Source: Candidatus Latescibacterota bacterium (GTDB lineage Bacteria; Latescibacterota; UBA2968; GCA-2709665). Taken from it: 64,000 nt of DNA. The stretch spans positions 2,432,001-2,496,000 of the forward strand of contig OZ244937.1 in NCBI GenBank assembly GCA_965222075.1, given 5' to 3'. Under the pieces are notes generated by a model that saw only the letters and a list, made by a program, of their open reading frames with translations, did not search any database and was not told where the DNA came from. Numbering within the stretch: the stretch's first letter is position 1; each line of letters begins with the position of its first letter. Of this stretch, positions 31,469 through 41,500 are shown piece by piece. The position numbers were made by a program, and so were the translations under genes.

Positions 31469-32641
31469 ATGAAAATCACATCACGACGCATCGAGCGCCT
31501 GCCGCCCTACGTCTTTGCGGACGTCAACGCCCTCAAGATGAAGCTCCGCAGGCAGGGCATCGACATCATCGACCTGGGGATGGGCAATCCCGACCAGCCC
31601 ACGCCCGGACATATTGTGGACAAACTGAGCGAGGTCGCCCGCGACCCCAAGGCCCACCGATATGCCCTCCCCGAAGGCATGCAGGCGCTGCGCAACGCCA
31701 TCTGCCGACACTACAAGCGCCGCTTCGGCGTCGACCTCGACCCCCAAACCGAAGCCGTCGTCACCATCGGCTCTAAGGAAGGCCTGGCCCACATCTGCCT
31801 GGCCCTCCTCGACCCGGGCGACCTGGCCATTGTCCCCAACCCCGCCTATCCGCTACACCTCTACGGCGTGGCCATTGCCAATGGGAACGTTTTAAGCCTG
31901 CCCCTTCGGCCCGAAAAGGAATTCGTGCCCGAGATCCAGATGGTCGCCCGGGAGCTCTGGCCCAAGCCGAAGATTATGATCTTCAACTTCCCCCACAACC
32001 CCACCACGGCCACCGTAGACCTCGCCTTCTTCGAAGAGATCGTCGACTTCGCCCGGCAACAGCAGATCGTGGTGATCCACGACATGGCCTACTCCGACAT
32101 CGTCTTCGACGGCTACCAGGCCCCCAGCCTTCTACAGGTGAAAGAGGCCAAGGAGGTCGGCGTCGAATTCTACACCATGTCCAAATCCTACAATATGGCC
32201 GGCTGGCGCGTTGGCTTCTGCCTGGGCAATCCCGATGTCATCCACGCGCTTACGGTCGTCAAAAATTACTTCGACTACGGCGTCTTCACCCCCATACAGG
32301 TGGCGGCCATCGCCGCCTTAGACGGCCCCCAGGACTGCGTTCGGGCCGCTGCGGAGACCTACCAGAGACGGCGGGACGCCCTGGTGGAAGGCCTCAACCG
32401 GATCGGCTGGCCCGTTCCCAAACCCAGGGCCTCCATGTTCGTCTGGGCCCCCATCCCGGAAAAATACCGGCACCTCGGCTCCATGAAATTCGCGCTCAAA
32501 CTCATGGAAGAAGCCGAAGTCGCGGTCTCTCCCGGCATCGGATTCGGCGACCTGGGGGAAGGCTACGTTCGCATCTCCTTAGTGGAAAACGAGCAACGCA
32601 TCCGCCAGGCGGCTCGAAATATCAAAAGCGTACTGTTCTAA
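31469..32641 (+). CDS. Class I/II PLP aminotransferase (AlaC-like)
   Basis: LPPYVFA, DLGMGNPD, GSKEG, NFPHNPT, SKSYNMAGWRVG. Confidence 0.9.
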   Translation: MKITSRRIERLPPYVFADVNALKMKLRRQGIDIIDLGMGNPDQPTPGHIVDKLSEVARDPKAHRYALPEGMQALRNAICRHYKRRFGVDLDPQTEAVVTIGSKEGLAHICLALLDPGDLAIVPNPAYPLHLYGVAIANGNVLSLPLRPEKEFVPEIQMVARELWPKPKIMIFNFPHNPTTATVDLAFFEEIVDFARQQQIVVIHDMAYSDIVFDGYQAPSLLQVKEAKEVGVEFYTMSKSYNMAGWRVGFCLGNPDVIHALTVVKNYFDYGVFTPIQVAAIAALDGPQDCVRAAAETYQRRRDALVEGLNRIGWPVPKPRASMFVWAPIPEKYRHLGSMKFALKLMEEAEVAVSPGIGFGDLGEGYVRISLVENEQRIRQAARNIKSVLF

Positions 32642-32727
32642 GAAGCTGTCTTAAAATTTGGCCTTGTGGAAGATCCACACGCCATACTCCGGGTACAACC
32701 GGTGCAGGGCCGTTCTGTGAGGAACGT

Positions 32728-33924
32728 ATGGAATTCTCCAGCCGGGTGCTCGCCATCGAAGAGTCGATCACCGTCGCCACCACGGCCAGGGCCGACGCCA
32801 TGCAACGACAGGGCATCGACGTCATCTCCTTAAGTGCGGGCGAGCCCGACTTCGACACGCCTGACAACATCAAAGAGGCCGCGGTGCGGGCCATAAAGGA
32901 GGACCGCACCAGATATACCAAGCCGGCCACCGGCATTATCGAACTGAAAGAGGCCATCTGTGACAAACTGAAGCGGGACAACGCCCTGACCTACGATCCC
33001 TCCCAGATCGTCGTCGGGTGCGGCTCCAAGCAGACCATCTTCGATGCCGTCATCGCCCTCATCAACGACGGCGACGAGGCCATCATCCCCGCTCCCTTCT
33101 GGGTAAGCTACGCCGACCAGGTCAAGCTGATGGGCGGGGTACCCGTCATCGTCCGGACGGCCGCAGAGACCGGTTTTCGCATTACCCCGGAGCAGTTGAA
33201 AGCCTCGTGTTCTTCCAGAACCAGGCTTGTCCTCTTCAACAGCCCCTGCAACCCCACCGGCGAGGTCTACACCCGATCCGAACTCCAGGCCCTGGCCGAG
33301 ATCATCGCAGACGCCGGTATCTATGTTGTCTCAGACGAAATCTACGAAAAGATTCTCTACGACGACGCCCAACACGTCTCCATCGCCGCCCTCAGTCCGG
33401 CCGTCAAAGAAAAGGCGCTGGTCGTCAACGGCGTCTCCAAAGCCTATGCCATGACCGGCTGGCGCGTAGGCTACGGAGCGGGCCCGGCCGACCTCATCGC
33501 CCACATCGGAAAGATCCAGAGCCAGGAGACCACCAACACCTGCTCCATTTCTCAGTACGCCGCCCTCGAAGCCCTGACCGGTCCCCAGGACAGCGTTGAG
33601 GCCATGCGCCGGGCCTTCCAGGACCGCCGCAACCTCATCGTCCGACGCCTCAACGCCATCCCCCGCATCACCTGTTCAAATCCCCAGGGGGCCTTCTACG
33701 TCTTTCCGGACATCTCGGCCCTCTACGGCTGTTCTGCGAACAAATACCAGGTACGCAACGATGTTGACTTTTGCAACTACCTGCTCGAAGAGGCCCGGGT
33801 GGCGGCCGTGCCCGGCAGCGGATTTGGCACACCGGGCCATATCCGGATCGCCTATGCCACATCGATGGACCGGATCGAAGCGGCGATGGACCGGATCGAA
33901 GACGCCGTCGCAAATCTGGTGTAA
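32728..33924 (+). CDS. aspC: Aspartate aminotransferase (class I)
   Basis: GEPDFDTP, SPCNPTG, SDEIYE, SKAYAMTGWRVG. Confidence 0.88.
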   Translation: MEFSSRVLAIEESITVATTARADAMQRQGIDVISLSAGEPDFDTPDNIKEAAVRAIKEDRTRYTKPATGIIELKEAICDKLKRDNALTYDPSQIVVGCGSKQTIFDAVIALINDGDEAIIPAPFWVSYADQVKLMGGVPVIVRTAAETGFRITPEQLKASCSSRTRLVLFNSPCNPTGEVYTRSELQALAEIIADAGIYVVSDEIYEKILYDDAQHVSIAALSPAVKEKALVVNGVSKAYAMTGWRVGYGAGPADLIAHIGKIQSQETTNTCSISQYAALEALTGPQDSVEAMRRAFQDRRNLIVRRLNAIPRITCSNPQGAFYVFPDISALYGCSANKYQVRNDVDFCNYLLEEARVAAVPGSGFGTPGHIRIAYATSMDRIEAAMDRIEDAVANLV

Positions 33925-33944
33925 GCGGGAGGAACCCCGAACCG

Positions 33945-34904
33945 ATGAATAAAAAAACCTACCTCGACTTCGAACGCCCTATTGCCGAACTCGAAAAAAA
34001 AATCGAAGAGATCAAGGCCCACGCCGAGACCGAAAAGATCGACATGCCTGCAGAAGTGGCCATCCTTCAGGAAAAGGTGAAAAAACTGGAGCAGGAGATC
34101 TACTCCAACCTGACCCGGTGGCAGATCTATCAACTGGCCCGGCACCCGCAGCGCCCCCATACCCAGGATTATATCGACCTCCTCCTGACCGACTTTGTAG
34201 AGCTTCACGGAGACCGAAGCTTTCGGGATGATCCGACGGTTGTGGGCGGCCTGGGGCGGCTCGACGGGCAGCCCATCGTGGTTGTGGGCACACAGAAGGG
34301 CCGCAATACAAAAGAAAACCTCCACCGCAATTTCGGCATGGCGCACCCGGAGGGCTACCGGAAGGCCCTCCGCCTGATGAAACTGGCGGCCAAGTTCAAA
34401 CGCCCGATCCTCTGCCTCATCGACACCCCCGGTGCCCACCCCGGCCTCGACTCGGAGGAACGGAGCGTATCCGAAGCAATCGCCCGCAACCTTTTCGAAA
34501 TGTCCAGGCTCCCCACCCCCATCGTTGTCGCCATTATCGGTGAAGGGGGCAGCGGCGGCGCCCTCGGCATCGGGGTTGGAGACCGCATCCTGATGCTGGA
34601 AAATGCCTGGTACTCGGTCATCAACCCCGAATCCTGCTCGCTTATCCTCTGGCGTGCACGCGACAAAAAAGAAGAGGCCGCCGAAGCCCTCAAGATCACG
34701 GCCCCCGACCTTCTGGACCTGCGCATCATCGACCGGATCGTCTCCGAACCCTTCGGCGGCGCTCACCGGAATCCCGAAGGCGCGGCGAGGTCCTTGAAAG
34801 GTGCGATCCTGGAAGACCTCAGAGAACTCCGTCAGATCCCTCTCGATGAGCTTATCACCCAGCGCGTGGGCAAATTTCGTCGCATGGGGGTCTGGGAAGA
34901 GTAG
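33945..34904 (+). CDS. accA: Acetyl-CoA carboxylase carboxyltransferase alpha
   Basis: YLDFERPI, ARHPQRP, PEGYRKA, GEGGSGGA. Confidence 0.96.
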   Translation: MNKKTYLDFERPIAELEKKIEEIKAHAETEKIDMPAEVAILQEKVKKLEQEIYSNLTRWQIYQLARHPQRPHTQDYIDLLLTDFVELHGDRSFRDDPTVVGGLGRLDGQPIVVVGTQKGRNTKENLHRNFGMAHPEGYRKALRLMKLAAKFKRPILCLIDTPGAHPGLDSEERSVSEAIARNLFEMSRLPTPIVVAIIGEGGSGGALGIGVGDRILMLENAWYSVINPESCSLILWRARDKKEEAAEALKITAPDLLDLRIIDRIVSEPFGGAHRNPEGAARSLKGAILEDLRELRQIPLDELITQRVGKFRRMGVWEE

Positions 34905-35064
34905 CCTTCATGCCCACTTTTTCTGCTCATCATTATGTTGTCGGCATCCGGTTTGCGGACCTTTGCAGAAATCAGTTGTGTAAAGACCTGCATCTTGTTA
35001 AATTTCGACTTGCGAAGCCTGGAAAACACACCCCTGACAGAACACGACCCAAGGAGGTAAGGCA

Positions 35065-35322
35065 TTGCCCAAACTCAGATCGTCCCGTAAAAGACTCCGA
35101 CAGGCCCAAAAGGCCCGGTTGCGAAACCGGGTGGTGCGCTCCCTGATGCGCACCACCCTGAAAAAAGTGCAAACCGCACCCGCCAGGGCCGAGGCCGAAG
35201 CCCTCTTGCCGCAGGCCGTGTCCGTGATCGATAAGAGCGCGAAAAAGGGCGTCATCCACAAAAATGTGGCTGCCCGTTACAAATCCAAACTCGTGCGTGC
35301 AGTCGGCGCGATGGAGGCATAA
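35065..35322 (+). CDS. rpsT: 30S ribosomal protein S20
   Basis: SSRKRLRQ...IDKSAKKGVIHKNVAARYKSKL. Confidence 0.95.
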   Translation: MPKLRSSRKRLRQAQKARLRNRVVRSLMRTTLKKVQTAPARAEAEALLPQAVSVIDKSAKKGVIHKNVAARYKSKLVRAVGAMEA

Positions 35323-35349
35323 CCCGGCATAAAAAGCGCATAAACGGAA

Positions 35350-35384
35350 ACGCCCGGTGTCGATTGTGACATCGGGCGTTCTTT
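35350..35384 (+). terminator. Intrinsic terminator after rpsT
   Basis: ACGCCCGGTGTC...GACATCGGGCGT followed by TCTTT. Confidence 0.65.
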
Positions 35385-35388
35385 CCTG

Positions 35389-35416
35389 AAGGGAATGCGG
35401 ATCACCGGATCGTCTC
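35389..35416 (+). repeat. 28 bp direct repeat, left copy
   Basis: AAGGGAATGCGGATCACCGGATCGTCTC, identical to 43582-43609. Confidence 0.9.
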
Positions 35417-35841
35417 CGCATCCATACCGCTTGAGAGGGCATCTGGAAAGCGCTGAGCAAGTTTGGGGCCGTGCCCTGGATCTCAGGGACGACCCACAGA
35501 TGTGGCTCGCAGGGCCGCCCACTCAAAGCGAGCCGAAGCTGAAATGCGGCGTCGAACTCAGGCGGGAGCCGATTCACGTGGTTGACCCGCAGGGGCGCAT
35601 CATCCGCACCATTGGCCATTGATGGCTCGCGATCTCCTCTTTGGAAAGACCAAAATAGCGGCCCCGAAACCTGAGGTGATCCAGCCCCAAATCGCCAAAC
35701 GCATCTGATCGATCGTGTAACGAAAAGAAGGGTCGGGGCTCGCTCACGCGCGCCTCGACCCTTCTCAAGTAGGCAGGGCTTTTTTGGACGTGCTTTGTTG
35801 GATTTTCGGATCTTATTCCAGCTTTATCAGGTCACAGGATT

Positions 35842-36114
35842 CTACATCACATCCAATATGGCTTGAGGGTTCCTGTCTGCTACCATCAGTAGTGTCCGGG
35901 CCGCACCCGATGGACGCCGGCGACCCTGCTCCCAATCCTGCAACGTTCGAACAGACACACCCATCAATCGGGCAAACTGAGTTTGAGATAGGCCGACTTT
36001 CGCTCTTGTCTTGGCAATATCAGGCACAGTGATGATACGACCGTGTTCGCCTCGAATGATTTCCCGTAAACCAGAAAGAATCTCTTGACCAACATCTCTA
36101 TCCTTCTCTTTCAT
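35842..36114 (-). CDS. HigA-like XRE HTH antitoxin
   Basis: GLSQTQFARLMGVSVRTLQDWEQGRRRPSGAARTLL. Confidence 0.88.
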   Translation of the reverse strand: MKEKDRDVGQEILSGLREIIRGEHGRIITVPDIAKTRAKVGLSQTQFARLMGVSVRTLQDWEQGRRRPSGAARTLLMVADRNPQAILDVM

Positions 36115-36172
36115 TTTCAATCTCCTCACGGATTTGTTTGAGAATTCGGACAGGAATGTCGTCTTTCACATT
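36100..36172 (-). pseudogene. C-terminal remnant of a RelE/HigB-like toxin
   Basis: Frame reads NVKDDIPVRILKQIREEIENE overlapping the antitoxin start; no N-terminal part is visible. Confidence 0.55.
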
Positions 36173-36461
36173 TCCGCCGCGACAGCCGACCGGGGTCGGG
36201 TCCCGGAGCACCGATTGGCGTCATCCTCGGATTCTCATCCCTTTCGACACCTGCGCGCCCCAACCCATATCAAGAATTGTGCTCACAACGACAAACGCCG
36301 TCACGTTCAATACCCCGCCTTCGTCCTGTCAGACCTCATCCCACCGTTGACGTCTTCCTTTCGTGCCACATCTCAGAAAAAAATGGAAACCGGGACAAAT
36401 TTTGAACGATAGGACAAATCTTCCGTCTTGACATCCAGTGTGGCGTCGGGCATTATAGGGA

Positions 36462-36700
36462 CTAATAATACCTTGACATTGTCACATTACGAAAAGCCTA
36501 CAGCCTTGAGTTGGGTTTTTTCGCTACGCAAACGTGAGTTTCGAGATTGAAGCCTGTTGAGATGCTTCTTTCGGATATGGTCGACGGCTTCCTCAAAGGT
36601 AAGTTGCTTCTTGGGCATCACCACTTCCAGAATTTCAACAGCGTCCTGGAGGGTAATCAAGGGAACCTTTGGCTTTAGGGTCGGATCTGTGACCCATTTT
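36462..36700 (-). mobile_element. IS701-like transposase C-terminal remnant with element end
   Basis: VPLITLQDAVEILEVVMPKKQLTFEEAVDHIRKKHLNR resembles IS701 transposase tails; followed by GTGACAATGTCAAGGTATTATTAG. Confidence 0.5.
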
Positions 36701-36914
36701 TCGAACCAGTTTGAAGGAGAAAATACCACGCTGAGACCGTTTGTCAATTAGCGATTCAAGTGGTTCGAATTTTGGGGCGCACCCCCGTGTCTTTAGTGAC
36801 ACATTGGCAGTTTACGTGCACCAAATCTCCAACAGTGACGCCGAATTGCCGTGGGATCATCGCATCCGCACATTTGCAGGATTAATTTTTACCAGGGAAA
36901 TGGAGGATTGACAG

Positions 36915-38168
36915 ATGAAAACAACAGCCGTCACGCGAGCCATCCCGCTACTTATCGGCATAGCGATGGTCACGCTTGCAGAAAGTACGACGTCGTGGGG
37001 CGAACTCACAACAACGCATGCAATTGCGTTTAACGCCACGCCATCTCCGGACTTTGACGGCGATGGGATCGTTGGTTTTTCGGATTTTGTTGCATTTGCG
37101 AGCAAATTCGGGACGCAGCGCGGAGACGCAGCATTTGACGCGCGGTTTGATCTGGATGGGGATGACGAAATTGGATTCTCTGATTTTGTCGCGTTTGCCA
37201 GCCAGTTTGGCAAAACAGTTGAGTCCACGCCGTCCGGATTCGCGCCGCCCGACAGCGAAGCTTTCCAACGCTTGGTGACAGGCAAGCAGGTCGGAAACGA
37301 TCCCAATAACAGACTGCTATTCCCGTCCTCGGGTCGTATCCGGGAAATCGAGGATGGAACAGCTTATGAGGGCAATTACCAGTATGTCAACACCGGCGCC
37401 AATACGGGGACGTTGACATACACATATGATGTGACCGGCAACGACCCCGAAAGGGAGAAAGTGGTGATCGAGTTGACGTTTACGTCTGCCACCGCAGGCA
37501 CGTTTGTCAGCACCTATACCGAGGCAGGATCCACGCCTCAAACCTTGCGGGGCGATTTTCAGCTTGCCGACGCCGTTAATCGACAGCCTGTGGCCGTTGG
37601 CGTCATCGCCGCGCAGACTCTGACGGTGGGCGGTGCGGCCGGGACGGTGGATGTGTCGAGCAGCTTCGAGGATCCGGACGGCGATGCGCTGACGTTTTCG
37701 GCGGTTTCCAGCGATACCTCCGTAGCGGCAGTGAGTGCCTTGGATTCGATGGTAGAGATTACACCGAAGGCGGCAGGAAGCGCAACGGTGACGGTAACGG
37801 CGACTGACCCCGGCGGCCTGAGCGCCGAGCAGACCATTGACGTGGCCGTCGCGCAACCGACGACCGATGTTTACAGACCATTGGCAGGTCTTCGCGTGTC
37901 AGTCGGGAGGGTACAGTATCTGTTCTTCTCTGCGGGGCAATGCATCGTGATTTCCAACTCGTCCATCAACAATGTACGCTACACGACTCACAAGTCCAAG
38001 TGGCAGCGCAAAGCAGGCACGTCCTGGGTCGACGTTCCGGGCACGGAGCGCGACGGTCTGTGTGCTTATTCGCCCACCAGCGCCGGTGAATACCGACTGG
38101 TGGCGGAGATCACCATTAATGGCGTAAGGGGCAAATACGCCAGTGAAAATACACTCACGGTGGGGTAG
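36915..38168 (+). CDS. Secreted protein: dockerin/EF-hand pair plus Ig/cadherin-like domain
   Basis: Signal peptide, DFDGDGIVGFSDF and DLDGDDEIGFSDF, NRQPV...FEDPDGDALTF...VTATDPGG. Confidence 0.8.
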   Translation: MKTTAVTRAIPLLIGIAMVTLAESTTSWGELTTTHAIAFNATPSPDFDGDGIVGFSDFVAFASKFGTQRGDAAFDARFDLDGDDEIGFSDFVAFASQFGKTVESTPSGFAPPDSEAFQRLVTGKQVGNDPNNRLLFPSSGRIREIEDGTAYEGNYQYVNTGANTGTLTYTYDVTGNDPEREKVVIELTFTSATAGTFVSTYTEAGSTPQTLRGDFQLADAVNRQPVAVGVIAAQTLTVGGAAGTVDVSSSFEDPDGDALTFSAVSSDTSVAAVSALDSMVEITPKAAGSATVTVTATDPGGLSAEQTIDVAVAQPTTDVYRPLAGLRVSVGRVQYLFFSAGQCIVISNSSINNVRYTTHKSKWQRKAGTSWVDVPGTERDGLCAYSPTSAGEYRLVAEITINGVRGKYASENTLTVG

Positions 38169-38530
38169 AGCCGCCTGCATCCATTGACCGGCCGGCGCAC
38201 TCGAGGTTTCTTTCCGAAATACACAGCCAGGTGTTTCGCCCCCAACCAACGCGTACGTCGACTTCCTGAGTCTATCGGTCAAATGGGATCGACTCCGTCT
38301 CATTTCGCAGACGTGATCATCCGTTTTGAGGACTTCACAAACGCGCATACACCCACGTTCAATCAGGATGGGGCAGACAACTGTAGCAAATAACGACACA
38401 ATCATCCCGGAGTTCTGCTCCGATTTGGTCGCGCTTTGGAGGTCCACGTCAATAAGCTAATGGTTCAATTTAAAGAATCAGACAGACATGAGAGGGTTTT
38501 TGCATAAGACTAAGGAGAAGAGTTCGTCAA

Positions 38531-41500
38531 ATGGCTTCCACGAAACGAACGTTGTCCATAGCCGCCCTGGGGTTGCTGGCATTCGTGTGCCACGCCGCTA
38601 CGGGTTCCAGTGCAAACGATAATCGCACAACAACACATGCGATCACCGTCAATGCCACGCCTTTGCCCGACTTTGACGGCGACGGGACGGTTGGCTTTGG
38701 TGATTTTGTGAAATTTGCGGCAAAGTTCGGACTAAGTCAGGGTGATGACGGATATGACGCGCAGTTCGATCTAAACGGCGACGGTGGAATCGGGTTTGCG
38801 GACTTTGTGATCTTTGCGGAGAACTTCGGCAAAGAGGTGCCTTCCGACGACAGGGCCGCGCTGGTCGCGCTTTACGAGGCGACGGATGGACCGAACTGGA
38901 CGAACAAAGAGAACTGGTTGAGCGCCGCGCCCCTGGGCGAATGGTATGGCGTCACAACCGACGACAACGGGCGTGTGGCCCATTTGTACCTTGCCACGAA
39001 CCAGTTGACAGGGACGATTCCCACCGAACTCGCACGGCTCACCAGGCTCACCCACCTGGAACTTGGCTGGAACCAGTTGACGGGGACGATTCCCGACGGA
39101 ATTGGCGTTGACGGGGCTCACCAACTCGCACGGCTCACATCTCACAGATTTGAACCTTTACGGGAACGCAGTTGACGGGGACGATTCCCACCGAACTCGC
39201 ACGGCTCACCAATCTCACAGATTTGAACCTTGGCGACAACCAGTTGACGGGGACGATTCCCACCGAACTCGCACGGCTCACCAGGCTCACATCTTTGGGC
39301 CTTGGCAACAACCAGTTGACGGGGACGATTCCCACCGAACTCGCACGGCTCACCAATCTCACAGATTTGGGCCTTTACGGGAACGCGTTGACGGGGACGA
39401 TTCCCACCGAACTCGGCACGGCTCACCAGGCTCACATCTTTGGGCCTTGGCGGGAACCAGTTGACCGGCAGGATTCCGGTGGAACTGGCACAGCTCACCA
39501 ACCTCACATTTTTGAACCTTAGCGGGAACCAGTTGACGGGGACGATTCCGGTGGAACTGGCACGGCTCACCAACCTCACATTTTTGAACCTTGGCAACCA
39601 GTTGACGGGGACGATTCCGACCGAACTGGCACGGCTCACCAACCTCACATTTTTGAACCTTAGCGGGAACCAGTTGACCGGCAGGATTCCGACGGAACTG
39701 GCACGGCTGACCAAGCTCACATATTTGGCGCGAACCTTGACCGGCAGGATTCCGACGGAACTGGGGCTCACCAAGCTCACATATTTGAACCTTGGCAACA
39801 ACGCGTTGACGGGGCCGATTCCGACCGAACTGGCGCGGCTCACCAAGCTCACGGATTTGTACCTTAGCCTCAACCAGTTGACCGGCAGGATCCCGACGGA
39901 ACTGGCACGGCTGACCAAGCTCACATATTTGGACCTTTACGGGAACCAGTTGACAGGAACGATTCCGGTGGAACTGGGACAGCTGACCAATCTCACGGAT
40001 TTGTGGCTTGGCGTGAACCAGTTGACCGGCAGGATCCCGACGGAACTGGGACAGCTGACCAAGCTCAAGGAATTGTGGCTTAGCTTCAACCAGCTGACTG
40101 GAATGATTCCGGTGGAACTGGCACAGCTGACCAATCTCACGGGTCTGGTTCTCAGCGGAAACGCCGGATTGTCGGGACCATTGCCTCCGGCATTCACGGT
40201 CCTCACTCCGGAAGTGCTTGATTTGGCTGGCACGGGGGTGTGCGTGCCTCTGACCGTCGAATTCGTGGAATGGCTCGACAGTATTCCAAATCGTGCCGGA
40301 GATGCCCATTGCGCGGACCCGGAGAGGGAGGCATTGATTGCGCTCTACAAACAAACGAATGGACCGCATTGGACGAATAAAAAAAACTGGTTGAGTGGTG
40401 CGCCTCTGGGAGAATGGTACGGCGTGACCACCGACGCCTACGGGCGTGTGACACAATTAAACCTGAGGGATAACAACCTGAGCGGGCTCCTTCTCCTCTC
40501 TCTGAGCAGTCTTGTAAACCTGAAAACACTGAACCTCGCCGACAACGCCGCCCTGTCCGGTCCACTGCCCCTGGGGTTCACGCGTCTGCCCCTCGAATCC
40601 CTCGACCTGGAAGGGACGCGACTTTGCGCGCCCCCGCGCGCAGAATTCCAGACGTGGCTCAATGGAATTCGGGACACAGACGTTGCCCGGTGTACCGACA
40701 CCCGCCCGGATTTTTACGCTTTGGTCGCCCTGTACAGCGGGACGGATGGGCGCAACTGGACGGAAGCGACGAATTGGGCGAGCACCAAACCCCTGGACCA
40801 ATGGTACGGCGTGACCACCGACGCCAGCGGGCGTGTGACAGGATTGTCCCTCCATGAAAACAGCCTGCAAGGGACGATACCGGCGGAACTGGCGCAACTC
40901 ACCAATCTCGATTCGCTGAATCTATCCGGAAATCAGTTGACAGGCAAGATACCCACAGAACTTGGCCGACTCAACAACCTGGAAAGTCTGATTCTGGCGC
41001 ACAATAAGCTGTCAGGTGAGATACCTGCCGAACTGGGGCAACTCACCAACCTCAGAGGAATGGACCTTCGCCTAAACCAGTTGACAGGCAAGATACCCAC
41101 GGAACTTGGCCGACTCGACAACCTCAGAACATTGGATCTTTCTGACAATCCGTTGGACGGGGAGATCCCTTCGGAGCTGGGACAACTCAGCAACCTGGAA
41201 AGCCTGACTCTATGGTTTAATAACCTGACAGGTGAGATACCCCCGGAACTGGGGCGGTGCACAAACCTCAGAACGCTGTTTCTTGTCGATAACTTCTTCA
41301 CCGGCAACATACCCGCGGAATTGGGACAACTCACCAACCTCGAAGAGTTATGGATAATAAACACCACACTAACGGGCGAGATACCTCCGGAACTGGGGCA
41401 ACTCACCAACCTCTGGGGGCTGTATTTATCCACAAACCAGTTGACCGGCAACATCCCACCGGAACTGGGACAACTCACCTATCTCCAGAGGCTGAGTCTA

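Noticed and set aside
35389-35622. Cobalamin riboswitch, 6S RNA or tRNA fragment at the direct repeat, and the 75-aa ORF starting in it
   Set aside because: Only a superficial AGGGAA match; other conserved elements are missing and the ORF has no recognisable motif.
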